Assembly (NCBI RefSeq): GCF_004010195.1
Contig: NC_057718.1
Span: 43,284,395 to 43,333,508 of the forward strand
Length of the DNA stretch: 49,114 nucleotides
Source: Chiloscyllium plagiosum
Lineage: Eukaryota
Direction of reading: 5' to 3'
Both the position numbers and the translations under genes were made by a program. This document shows, piece by piece, positions 38,364 to 49,114 of this stretch. Below the pieces are notes generated by a model. That model worked only from the letters and a program-made list of their open reading frames with translations, did no database searches and was not told where the DNA came from. Position 1 is the stretch's first letter; the number at the start of each line of letters is the position of its first letter.

Positions 38364-39590
38364 CACATAAGAACATAAGATGGAGGAGTAAAAGTAGGCC
38401 ATTCAGCCCATAGTCTGTCCAGCCATTCAAAGAGATCATACTGATCGGATAATCAACACTTTCCTGCCATTTCCCCATAACTCATAATTTCCTTACTGAT
38501 TAAAAATTTACCTTAGTCTGGAATATAGTTAATCACCCAGCCTCTAGGAACCTCTGTGGCAAAAAAATCCATAGATCCGCTATCCTTTGAGAGAAGAAAT
38601 TCCTCCTCATTAATGTCTTAAATGGGTGACCACTTACTCTTAGGTTATATCCTGTAGTCCTATACTCTTCCACAAGAGGAAACATCTCTCAGCACCTACC
38701 CTGTCAAGTCCTGTAAAAAATCTTGTTTTTCAAAAAGGTGACTTCTCATTCTTCTAATCCCGGATGAGTACAGGCCCAATCCAATCTTTTTCATAAGACA
38801 GTCCTTCCATACGTTCTGTCAGCCAAGTGAACATCCTCTGGACTGCCTCCAATGTCACTATACCTTTCCTTAGATAAGGATGCCAAATCTATTCACAGGA
38901 TTCCACCTATGGTCTGACTAGTGCCTTATATAGTTTAAGCAAAGCTCCTGACTTTTATACTCCATTCTCTTTGAAATTAAAATGAACATTCTATTTGCCA
39001 TAATTGTCTTATCCTCTTCCTAGAATCCTTCGTACTCATGGGGTTCCGTATTTGGTGTTAACATGAACTATTGCCTTAAAAGACAGCCATTGTTACTGAA
39101 GTGCCTTTGCTGCAAAACCTGTTTCACAGTCTGCTTCAGCAAGCTCTTCACTCATTCCTTTGTAATTACCCTTATTTAATCTTAGCACAGTTGTTTTCAA
39201 CCCCAGTTTCTCCCACTCAAACTGAATGTTATGGTCACTGTTTCCTCAAGAATCTTTTACTCTAAGATAATTTATTAAAGCTACCTCATTACCTATTACC
39301 AAGTTTAAAATAGTCCCACCCCTGATTGTTCCACATCCCAATGTTCTGGAAAATTGCCTTGAATACACTCAGTGAATTCTTCCTCAGGGCTACCTCTGTA
39401 AATTTGAATATCCCAATCAACATGAAGATGGAAGTCATCCATGATGAATGTACTTTTTTTTACACGGTTTCAGTATCTTCTGATTCTCTGCCCCATGTAT
39501 AGCTACTGTTGGCGAACTATAGACCACTCCTACCAGGGTCTTCTTCCCCTTTTTATGTTTTATCTCCTCCTATATGGATTCTGATCTCAC
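38364..39590 (-). mobile_element. CR1, decayed, with internal deletions
   Basis: Tail cataagaacataaga at 38366; CR1 ORF2 C-terminal and more upstream remnants. Confidence 0.75.
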
Positions 39591-39954
39591 ACCATTGCTT
39601 AAGATTGTAAATATTCTTTCTGGCTTGAAGGAAAAATTAACTCTGTACCCACTCCTGTGACCATAAGGCCAGCTTTTGTCAACTACACATCCAAATCAAA
39701 TCTCGGTTTTGAAAGAATTAATTATTAGGACTAAACATTTATTCTGGCATTTATAAACTGATGTTGGAATAAGTTTCAAACCAGAGGCTTAGAATCTAGG
39801 GGAGCCGCAAAACATTAAATGGAAATTTAATACTATTATTTTAACTAATATTTTGCTTTGATCATAAAATTTTCTAAGTCCAATACACTTGCAAGCACAG
39901 ACAAAAAAAAACTTTGAACCCTGGGTCCTTCAACAATAATCCTTCAATTGGGTT

Positions 39955-40910
39955 GTTTTTGTAGTTGAAAGCCTGTGACTAGTAGTGTGACACAGGAATC
40001 AGTTCTGGAACCCTTGCTGTTTGCTATGTACATTAATGGCTTGAGTGAATGTAAAATGTATAATTGGTAAGCTTGCAGATACTATGCAAATTGGTGATGT
40101 AGTTGACAATGAGAATGGGCTTAGGCTACAATCTGATATTGATCAGCTGGTAAATTGGGCAGAGCAATGGCAGATGGAATTTAATCCTGATAAGTGTGAG
40201 GTCATGCATATTGGAAAATCAAATAAGGAAAGACTATATACAATGAATGGTAGCTCCCTCGGGAGTACTGAGAAACAAAGGGACTTTGGTGTACAAGTCC
40301 ATACATCCGTGAAGGTATCAGTACAGGTAGGCATGGTGGTGAAAAAGGCAGATGGGACACTTGCCTCCATTAGATGGGGTATATAACAGGGGAGCAAGGA
40401 AGTCTTGTTACAACTTTATAAAATATTGGTTAGGCAATAGATGGAATACTGCATGCAGTTCTGGTCACCACACTTTCAGAAGCAATTGATTGCACTGGAG
40501 GGGGTGCAGAGGAGATTCACCAGGACATTGGTAGGCTGGATACTTGTTTTTGATGGAGCAGAGGGGTTTGAGGGGGAACCTGATTGAAGTAAACAAAAGT
40601 ATGAGAGGTATAGACAGAGTTGATTGTAAGAATCTGTTCCCCATGGCAACCATGTCTAAGAGCAGAGGGCACAGGTTTGAAAAGAGGAGCAAGTGGTTTA
40701 GAGGAAATATGAGAAAGAATATTTTCACCGAGAGGATGGTAGATCGTGCTGCCTAAGAGGACGGTGGAGACAGATACTTTTGCAACATTTAAGAAGCATC
40801 CAGATAAGTACTTAAAATGCCAGAGCTAGAAGGCAATGGACCAAGTTCTGCTAAATATGACCAGAGTAGTTTATTGGCCGGCATAGACATGGTGGGCCAA
40901 AGGCATGACC
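39955..40910 (+). mobile_element. CR1 RT to 3' end
   Basis: ORF 40045-40386: KLADTMQIG...LQSDIDQLVNWAEQWQMEFNPDKCEVMHIG; LRGNLIEV. Confidence 0.9.
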
Positions 40911-41084
40911 CTTTATTACCTCCTGGGAACTTGATGTGGAAGGCATTGGGATGTTCTGATTAGCAACAAAAGCAGGAAGAGGGCATGTTGCAGCTTCCCA
41001 TCATTCTAGAGGGAACCAAAATTTACCTGTTGAAGGCTTGGGTTTTGATCCATGCTTTGCATGGGAGGTTTGACTCTGATCTGC

Positions 41085-42082
41085 TCTTCTCCAATCTTTT
41101 CCATCTGGAAGATACAGAAGCTTGAACACATGCACCAACAGGTTCAAAAACAGCTTCTTCCCTACTGTTATTAGACTGCTGAATGGACATCTCTAACTTC
41201 AAATAATGTTGATCTTGCTTTGTGCACCTCCTGTTGCAGCCGTAACCTTGTATATCTCGCTCTAAGTTCCTGCACAGGATGGGCTGAAAGGCAAATATTG
41301 TTGATGCTATTTGACAGCTGCATGACCCAGAATGAGTCCTGTGAACGTTCCTGTATGTGCCGCATATGGCATAATCAAAGTTGCCTTTCTGTACTGTTTT
41401 CTGTACTGGTTGTTTGTTGCACTGTATAAGAGAAAGAGTTTCATTCCAAGTCATTGGACTTCACCTCGGACTGGTATTGTGAGCGATGCCAGGAAACCTA
41501 AGCCTCCAGACCAGCTGTCAACTGAAGGGTCCCTGACGTGCAGGAAGGCATGAGGTTTATTGCTTTCAATTCCTTCCTTTTCTACCTTCTTTTATTACAG
41601 TTGTCTCTCCGTATCTGTGGGAGATATGTTCTAAGAACTACCACAGAAGCCAGAAACCATGGATAGGTGTGAACCCATTGATTTAAATGGGAAATGTACC
41701 TTCCTGGCAGCCTCCTGGTCCCTGGTTCTGGAATGTTCCTGATACTATGTTCAGGCTGTGGTAAACCGCTGATAACTGAAACCGCGGATACGGGGGTCGC
41801 CCTGTACTTAATACATGGTCACGTTACCTTATTTTTCTTTCCCTTTCCATCTTTTATTATTATTCAATAAATGTTCGGATTTAAGCAAATTGCTGTTGCC
41901 GAGTCTTCTCTTAATGACATTTAGCTGAGTTCGAAAAGAACCGCTCGGATTACCCCGTGATCCAAGACAGCACCCTATGACCTGTTTGTCCTTGTTTGCA
42001 ATGATCTGCCTGTACTGCTCGCAAAACAAAACTTTTCACTGTACATGCGTACATGTGATTGCAACAAATCAAATCAAATCAA
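41085..42082 (+). mobile_element. Rex1/Babar-type LINE 3' end, split by about 700 bp of inserted DNA
   Basis: GRYRSLNTCTNRFKNSFFPTVIRLLN (41107-41185); 3' UTR resumes near 41968 and ends in (AAATC)n. Confidence 0.65.
41598..41804. mobile_element. Tigger/pogo-like MITE with TA duplication
   Basis: TA|CAGTTGTCTCTCCGTATCTGTGG ... CCGCGGATACGGGGGTCGCCCTG|TA; imperfect TIRs resembling MER2/Tigger ends. Confidence 0.75.
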
Positions 42083-43366
42083 ACCCTTTAAATATTTCTT
42101 CAGTGATAGTGAGTGGGGAGGGCTGCTGAGGCTTCCTTACTGTACTGGCTAGATCGCTTGGCCACAGGAATCCCATCTTGCATTTGCAATATCCCGGACT
42201 TTGGAAATATGTTGGCACTGCACCATAAACTGAACGGCCAGTAAACATAACACCCCTCTGAGTCTCTGTCCCAAAGAGAAACAAATCCAGGCCAATTTGT
42301 TTACCCCGACAGAGTCGAACACTTGTTTCATGCCTGCCTGGTGCTTTAACTGGATTAAATTGCCTATGTGCTGAATAATTGAACGATTGACTTACTGAAA
42401 CACTGATGTCAGAATTCATTAAAATTACTTCCCTTTGATTTTACCACATGAAATTAACAATATGTGTTTTAATTTAAATATCAGGGAGATGGAATTCTTC
42501 AATAATTGGGTGTGAAATGGAGTTTTGTAATCAAGAACGGAAGCCTTATTCAAAGAAAGGTGTCATTTCAGATGCTTTCTGTTTAAATAAACTCCTGCGA
42601 CATGCTGCCTTTTAAAACAATAAAAGATCCCTTCCTTATTCCCTGGGGTACTTTATCCTTTTCATTCTGTAAAAGGTTTGAAATAATCTCTCCCATCAGA
42701 AGTTCAATGTTCCATATCGGTGCCAGTTGGTCCAGAGCTCGTTACGATGTTAACGACCTGCACAATCTCAGCCTGAATGGAAGGATTACAATAGCTCAGA
42801 GCACACCTGCAGGGAAGACGGTTTATTCTTGTCAATTTTCAGTCAAACAAATCCATTTTGAAATCAAATCTTAAATAGATTTAGTTAATATAACTTCAAA
42901 TTTAATGATACTTTCATACCTTCTGTGTAGTAATTAAATTGTAAACTCGTGTTCCCAACTGAACTGATGTTTTTGGCTACAAGGAGCGTTCATTTAATCA
43001 TAACAATAGCAATGACCTAGATATATGTGGGATCTGTTAGAGGGAAAGGCATCCCAAAACACTTGCCAAAACACATCCCAAAAATGTGAATGGAGATTCA
43101 CAGAGTGAGTTATGGTGCTGTTAAATTCTACAAAGGCATGAAGAGATGAGGTTATCGAAAGATGTTCAACACCAAAATTAACATGTTAAACTTGGGTACC
43201 ATGATTCAGTGTTGTTTGTTGAGGACAGGAGTGTTGCCTCAAAAAGACTTGATGGAGCAATGCAGAGTTTTGGATCAACTAATATTTATAGATATTGGCT
43301 GGAATACTTTCCAGCAGTACATTCAAGTTATTAAGCGCAGATGAAGTAAAACACTGATTTTGGTTT

Positions 43367-43523
43367 GACAGCATCTGTGGACAGAAATCCGAGTTAACGT
43401 TTCAGTTTAAGTGAACCTTCCGCAGACTCTTCTGAGGAAGGGTCACGCAACCTGCTGAGTTTTTCCAGCAATTTCTGTTTTTGTTTCTGATTTACAGCAT
43501 TCACAGTTCTTTCGGTTTCTATG
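43367..43523. mobile_element. Inverted pair of PLE pLTR fragments
   Basis: Opposed hammerhead remnants meeting at about 43420-43435; 10/11 flanking direct repeat. Confidence 0.7.
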
Positions 43524-43941
43524 GATATTGGTTTAATCTGCATATAATCTGGAGGTGGTTGACATCAAATAAGTTGAAGTCACCTTTGTGACAGAGATGA
43601 TATAGAGTCAGAGGCTCAGTTCAGGAGTTATAGGAAGCTGTACACTGTCACGTGCCAGAGGTTAGATAGAGAGAGGATTTCAGTGGTGAGCAATGGAGTT
43701 TGTGGAATAAGATACAATGATGAGTCCAATCTTCCCCATGTTTAGCTGCAGAAAAGTTAAAGTTACTTTAAGACTGAACGGTGGGAAGGCAGCCAGACCA
43801 CAAGAGGAAGGGGAGGCATCAAAGTTGGCCATTAGGGAGGGAGAGCCATAAAACTGACCCTATACTAATCAGTATTGTTGCCAAAAAACAGAATCTAGAT
43901 TAGGAAGAGTTGCAGATCAATCCTTGGGGTAATCCCAAGGT

Positions 43942-44535
43942 CATAGAGTCATACAAAACAAACTCTTCGGTCCAACCAGTCCATGCTGAATATAATCCCA
44001 AACTAAACTAGTCCCTTCTGCCTGCTCCTGGCCAATATTCGTCCAAACTTTTCCTATTCATCTACTTATCTAAATACCTTTTTAACATTGTAACTGTTCC
44101 CACATCCACCATTTCCTCAGGAAGTTCATTCCTCACGTGAACCATCCTCTGTGTAAAGAATTTGCCCCTCATCTTTTTTAAACCTGTCTTCTTTCACCCT
44201 AAAAATATGTCCCCTAACCTTGAAACTCCCCCATCCTTGGGAAAAGACACCTACCACTAAGTTATCTATACCAGTAATGATTTTAAAAACCTCTGTAAGG
44301 TCACCTTTCAACCTCCTTCGCTCCAGTGAAAAAAGTCCCAGCCTATCCAGTTTTTCTTTCTAACTCAAATCTTCCATACCTAGCAACATCCTGGAAAATC
44401 TCTCCTGAACCCTCTCTACATCAACAATATCGTTCCTGTAACAGGGCAAACAGAATTGGACACAGTACTCCAGAATAGGCCTCACCAATGTCCTGCAAAA
44501 CGTCAACATGATTTCCCAACTCCTATACTCAAAGG
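43942..44535 (-). mobile_element. CR1 3' portion
   Basis: ORFs: RTLVRPILEYCVQF...VERVQERFSRML; KGDLTEVFKII. Confidence 0.9.
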
Positions 44536-45180
44536 TGATGGTGTAGAGTTGGAAGAGAAACATTTCCAAGGGATGTTCCAAATTAAATCAAATTGTCAAG
44601 CGCTTAAACAAATAATGACAGTCCTAGTGTGCTGAACAACAGTAGTAAAGTCTTAGAGGACAATAATGTCCTGATTATCTATATAACCCTCCTGGGCTGC
44701 AGGAAGGTTAACAACGTGGTGACAGTCACCTAAAATATGATCACATGAAATTAGGACATTGATTATGATTGTTGTGATGCTAAAGGATGGACAGAAACTG
44801 GTTTGGAGGGATTCAGATTGAGTTGAAGAAGAGGTGGGTACAGTCAGTGAGGTGACTTGGTTCTGAAACTTGGCAACAATTTGTGGAGTTGTTGTTGTCC
44901 AGTGGCAGAGTTGTTGGGCTAAATTGACTTGACTCTGGAGAGTGACACCAGCATCATGAGTTCAGTTCCTGCATTGGCTGAAGTTCCCATGAAGGGCTCA
45001 CCTTTTCCACCACAGCCCTGAGGCGTGTTGTCAGTCTGCAATGAGAGCAGCTTGGGATTTTACTGAATTGAGTTAACATTTTTGAGATATTACAACTTTT
45101 CAAGTGGATTTAACAGTTACCAGTTTGAAACAGACACCAACTGGAAAAGTCTACTCAAGGCTGGATTACAACCACCTCAA

Positions 45181-45760
45181 CTCACGGCGCTGGGGGATTT
45201 CATGTATGTTCCTGCAGCTCAGAGTTGAAAGTAGCGCCAGTTTCCAAGATCTCGATTCTATTATGAAGACGGGGTAAGACAGGGAAAGCCGCAGGAGGAT
45301 TGAGGACCGATTCCAATGTGTCGATGGCATCACTGGGAAGAAAGAAGGATTTTTTTTTATTCCGGCCGCTTTTATTTATTTTGAGTTTCGGGAACCAGTT
45401 TATTACAGAGCAGTGACTGTGAGACAAACAGCGCCGCGCCCTGGATTACACCGAAAATCAACCCAGTCCAGGGCCACGGTTCCTGCCTCACCGCGCTGCT
45501 TCCAAATTCGGCTGGGGATAGTCAAATAGGGAATTTGTTCTTTGGGAATAAGGGGTGGGCTGTGTCCGCCTTTTGACGGGCGGTTAGCCTGCTGTCTTTT
45601 ATTTTCGTTCATTCTCAACAATAAAGGAAGGCAGAGTACAGGTCAGAAGCGAGGCCCTTGTTCAAAGATGAGGGCAAAAGTTCAATGGGCTTCAATATTT
45701 AAGTGGAGCACGATCCTGAGGACCAACCAGCAGATGAACTGGTCAGGGCGGTGGTAAATG
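45181..45760. promoter_or_regulatory. CpG-rich candidate (bidirectional) promoter
   Basis: About 26 CpGs in 580 bp (hand count) in non-repetitive DNA within a CpG-depleted window; GC boxes GGGCGG at 45578 and 45746, GGGGTGGGC at 45552; splice sites lead away on both strands. Confidence 0.6.
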
Positions 45761-45984
45761 TCAACTGAGTGATTTTTTTTGGGGTTTTTTTCTATTTTTA
45801 TCAAACAGGTTCGCCTGTCTTTCTAAAATAGTCAGGGTGAACAAGGCCAGAAGACAGGGGCATTGACAGAATCCAACAACTGACAGGAGAGAAAGCCTCT
45901 CAATGCACTGAAGAGACCAGTTGCTTCTTTTACCCCAGTGAAAGGTTTCTGCTCATTGTCCGAAGTGTGGTGCTTTATAGAATC

Positions 45985-46059
45985 ATGGCTAAGAAAAGGA
46001 TAAATCCTGTACACTGGCAAGATCTGCAGCTCAAGTTTCAGGCCTGCAAGACTATCCAG
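45985..46059 (+). CDS. Candidate first coding exon MAKKRINPVHWQDLQLKFQACKTIQ (unknown product)
   Basis: Strong Kozak atcATGG; acceptors at 45808 (tttttatcaaacag) or 45980 (tgctttatag); would end at a non-canonical CAG|GCAAGC donor. No homologue recognised. Confidence 0.3.
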
Positions 46060-46424
46060 GCAAGCTTGCATCATCTCCGAGTTTTACCGCATTGCATTCC
46101 CTTCTGAGGCACTTCCCATTGTGCCTGTGCTAGCCGCAAAAATGAATTTAAAGTCAATCTCCCATTGATAACTTACTGATGAAGAGGAAAGCTACAATCA
46201 AAGCTACATGGCCACAGCAGAAGTCAGCTATTAGGAGCAAGTATTTGGACATGGAAGTGACCCTGAAGTCTGTGCAGATTGCTTTAGTGTGCACCAGCAA
46301 GAGTGTCCCGAATTCTGTAATCTGTCATAGCATGCGAGTGTCACTGGCAAGCTCAGTTTTGTCGTTCATCCCTCATTACCTTGGAACTGAGTAGTTTGCT
46401 GGATCATTTCAGAGAGCTGTTAAG

Positions 46425-46745
46425 GTCTCTTCCCTGGGATGGGGGAGTTCAAAACTAGAGGGCATGGGTTTAGGGAGAGAGGAGAAAAATTTAAAAGGGT
46501 CCTAACTTTTTGATGCTGAGGGTGTTGTGTGTATGGAATGAGCTGTCAGAGGAAGTGGTGGAGGCTAGTATAATTACAACATTAAAAAGTATCTGGATAT
46601 GTATATGAATAGGAAAGATTTAGAGGGATATGGGCTAAGTGCTGGCAAATGGGACTGGATTAGGTTCGGATATCTGGTCAGCAAGGACAAGATGCACCGA
46701 AGGGTCTGTTTTCGTGCTGTACATCTCTATTACTGTATGAGTCAA
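46425..46745 (+). mobile_element. CR1 3' end
   Basis: Ends gaagggtctgttttcgtgctgtacatctctattactgtatga. Confidence 0.85.
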
Positions 46746-46888
46746 TCACAGTGATAGGGGTGTCCTGCACCTTGCACCATGTAGTAGAGAGGAGAGGAGT
46801 GGAGCAGATGGTCACTCTGCATCTTTGGGAGAAAGCAGCAACAAGGGAAAGAGGGGAAGACTGAGGTGGCCAAGATACCTGCAGCTGT

Positions 46889-48474
46889 TGAGAGTGTGGT
46901 GCTGGAAAATCACAGCTAGGCAGGCAGCGACCGAGGGGCAGGGGAATCGACATTTCGGGCATAAGCCCTTCATCAGGAATGAGGCTTGTGGGCCGGGGTC
47001 TGAGAGATAAATGAGAGGGAGTGGGGTTGGGCGGGAAGGTAGCTGAGAGGGCAATAGATAGATGAGGTGAGGGAGAAGGTGATAGGTTGGGGAGAAGGGT
47101 GGAGCGGATAGATGGGAAAGGTGATTGACAGGTCAGGAGGGCGGTGTCGAATTGAAGGCATGGGAATGGAATAATGTGTGGGGAAGGGAAATGAGGAAGC
47201 TGTTGAAATCCACATTGATCCTATCTCAAGGCGGAATATAAGGCGTTCTTCCTCCAGGTGTCGGGTGGTGAGGGTTTGGGATGGATGAGGCCCAGGACCT
47301 GCCTGTCCTTGGTGGGGTAGGAGGGGGAGTTGAAATGTTCAGCCATGGGGCAGTGGGGTTGATTAGTGTGCGTGTCCCAGAGATGTTCTCTGAAATGATC
47401 TGTAAGTAGGCGGCCTGTCTCCTCGATGTAGAGGAGACCACATCAGGTGCAACGGATACGGTAGGTGACATTAGTGGAGGTACAGGTAAATTTCAGTCAG
47501 ATGTGGAAGGATCCTTTGGGGCCTTGGGAGGGGAGGGGAGTGGTGTGGGTGCAAGCTTTGCAATTCCTGCAGTGGCAGGGGAAGGTGCTGGGCATGAGGT
47601 GTGGGCTGGTGGGGGACGTGGTCCAGACGAGGGAGTCACAGAGGGAATGGTCTGCCTGGAATGCTGATAGAGACGTGGAGGGAAATATATCTCTGGTGGT
47701 GGGGTTCCTTTGTAGATGGAGGAAGTGGCAGAGGATGAGGTGATGTATGTGGAGGTTGGTGGGGTGGAAGATGAGGAACGGGGTTCTGCCCTTGTTGCAT
47801 TGGGAGGAGCGGGGTTCACGGGTGGTGGTTTGGGGAGTTGAGGAGATGCACTGGAGGGCATCGTCGACCACATGGGAAGGGAAATTTTGATCTTGGAAGA
47901 AGAAGGCCATCTGGAATTTTCTAAGGTGGAATTGGTCATTTCATTTCAGAGAACATCTCTGGGATCACCCGCACCAACTAACCCCATCGCCCTGTGGCTG
48001 AACGCTTCAACTCTCCCTCCCACTCCATCAAGAATTTGCAGGTCCTGGGCCTCCTCCATCGCCAAATCCTTATTATGCAACGCCTGGAGGAAGAACACCT
48101 CATATTCCACCTTGGGACCCTGCAACCACACAGGATCAATGTGATTTTCTCATTTCCACTCCTCCCAAATTACCCCATTCCCAAGCCTCCAGGCCTCCTG
48201 ACCTGTCCATCACCTTTCCCATCTATCCGCTCCACCCTCCTCTCCAACCTATCACCTTCTCCCTCACCTTCATCTACCTATTGCATTCTAAGCTACCTTC
48301 CCTTGCAACCCCACCCCCCTCCCATTTATCTCTCAGAACCTGGCCCACAATCCTCATTCCTGATGAAGAGCTTATGCCCAAAATGTCGATTCTCCTGCTC
48401 CTCAGATGCTGCCTGACCTGCCGTGCTTTTCCAGTGCCACACTCTCAACTCTAATCTGCAATCCTCACTTTCTA
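46889..48474. mobile_element. Inverted (tail-outward) Penelope-like insertion with 18-bp target duplication
   Basis: Minus arm about 46889-47935 (RT thumb/linker ORF 47497-47910, GIY-YIG remnant, pLTR); plus arm about 47940-48474 (EEEHLIFHLGTLQP..IN, pLTR); CAAGATACCTGCAGCTGT at 46871-46888 and 48475-48492. Confidence 0.9.
46945..46980 (-). ncRNA. Minimal type I hammerhead ribozyme motif
   Basis: AUUC-CUGAUGA-A-GGGC(UUAU)GCCC-GAAA-U-GUC-GAUU: intact core and stem II, GUC cleavage triplet; C15.2 changed to U. Confidence 0.75.
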
Positions 48475-48590
48475 CAAGATACCTGCAGCTGTCTATTTTC
48501 CTGCCATGGACGGATTCAGATCTGTTTTAGCTTATTAGAAGGCATTTTCCCAGCTGGCAGAGAAATGTTGAACCAGATGTGCTGAACCCT

Positions 48591-49114
48591 TAGGCAAAAG
48601 GGAGGACTGCAGATGCTGGAAACCAGAGTTTAGATGTGGGTGGTGCTGGTAAAGCACAACAGATCAGGCAGCATCCGAGGAGCAGGAAAATCGACGTTTT
48701 GGGCAAAAGCCCTTCATCAGGAATAGAGGCAGGAAGCCTCCAGGTTGGAGAGATAAATGGGGGGTGGTGGTGGGGCTGGGGAGAAGGTAGCAAAAAGTAC
48801 CTGGGGGTTGCAGTGAGAGAGAGAGAGAGACTCACTGAAATTCTTGAGAAGGGAGGAGAACTTCTTCAAGATAGGCATCCTTGCAATAGGATTTGCAGTA
48901 AGGTTAAAATCAACTAGGCAAAAGTGAGGACTGCAGATGCTGGAAACCAGAGTTTAGATGTGGGTGGTGCTGGTAAAGCACAACAGATCAGGCAGCATCC
49001 GAGGAGCAGGAAAATCGACGTTTTGGGCAAAAGCCCTTCATCAGGAATAGAGGCAGGAAGCCTCCAGGTTGGAGAGATAAATGGGTTGGGGGGGTGGGGG
49101 GGTGGGGTGGCTGG
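48591..49114 (-). mobile_element. Tandem PLE pLTRs, period 324 bp (runs off the window)
   Basis: 48591-48760 repeats at 48915-49084 almost exactly; each copy has CTGATGA-A-GGGC(TTTT)GCCC-AAAA-CGTC on the minus strand. Confidence 0.85.

Larger units (their letters stand above)
42995..44870 (-). mobile_element. Fragmented old L2, host to later PLE and CR1 insertions
   Basis: L2-type tail near 43000-43065; L2-like RT remnants at 43540-43935 and 44590-44860. Confidence 0.5.

Noticed and set aside
42706..42806. Terminal coding exon CALSYCNPSIQAEIVQVV...MEH* on the minus strand
   Set aside because: The acceptor is plausible, but this frame is not the one delivered by the 45186 donor and I recognise no homologue.
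707..48917. The short ORFs in the six-frame track as genes
   Set aside because: They are TE fragments (CR1, Gypsy, PLE, SINE read-through) or random frames, many with non-ATG starts; none resembles a host protein I recognise.
48760..49114. G-rich runs as functional G-quadruplexes or telomeric repeats
   Set aside because: They are the complement of the C-rich PLE 3' region seen in every copy; there is no (TTAGGG)n array.

Overview
Vertebrate nuclear DNA, almost certainly from an elasmobranch (shark/ray): it carries HE1/V-domain SINEs, a Deu-domain SINE and many CR1 fragments. The window is mostly intergenic. It opens with the end of an AU-rich 3' UTR and its poly(A) signal (possibly CBFB, from memory only). 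About 44 kb of decayed transposons follow: CR1, L2, Rex1, two Gypsy relics, a Harbinger Myb gene relic, Tigger-like MITEs and Penelope-like elements (PLEs), with a 500-N scaffold gap at 19157-19656. Near 45.2-46.1 kb there is a CpG-rich, probably bidirectional promoter with candidate exons on both strands. No complete protein-coding gene is supportable, and nearly all listed ORFs are TE debris or noise. Most interesting signals: (1) at least eight minimal hammerhead-ribozyme motifs in PLE ends, including a 324-bp tandem unit that looks retrozyme-like; (2) four tail-outward inverted PLE insertions, each with an 11-18 bp direct target duplication; (3) two exact 85-106 bp local copies of a dead Gypsy element, each with a micro-tandem duplication at a junction, resembling templated-repair scars. 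Everything was read by eye, no searches were run, and TE boundaries are approximate. I do not see firm evidence for a wholly new system.
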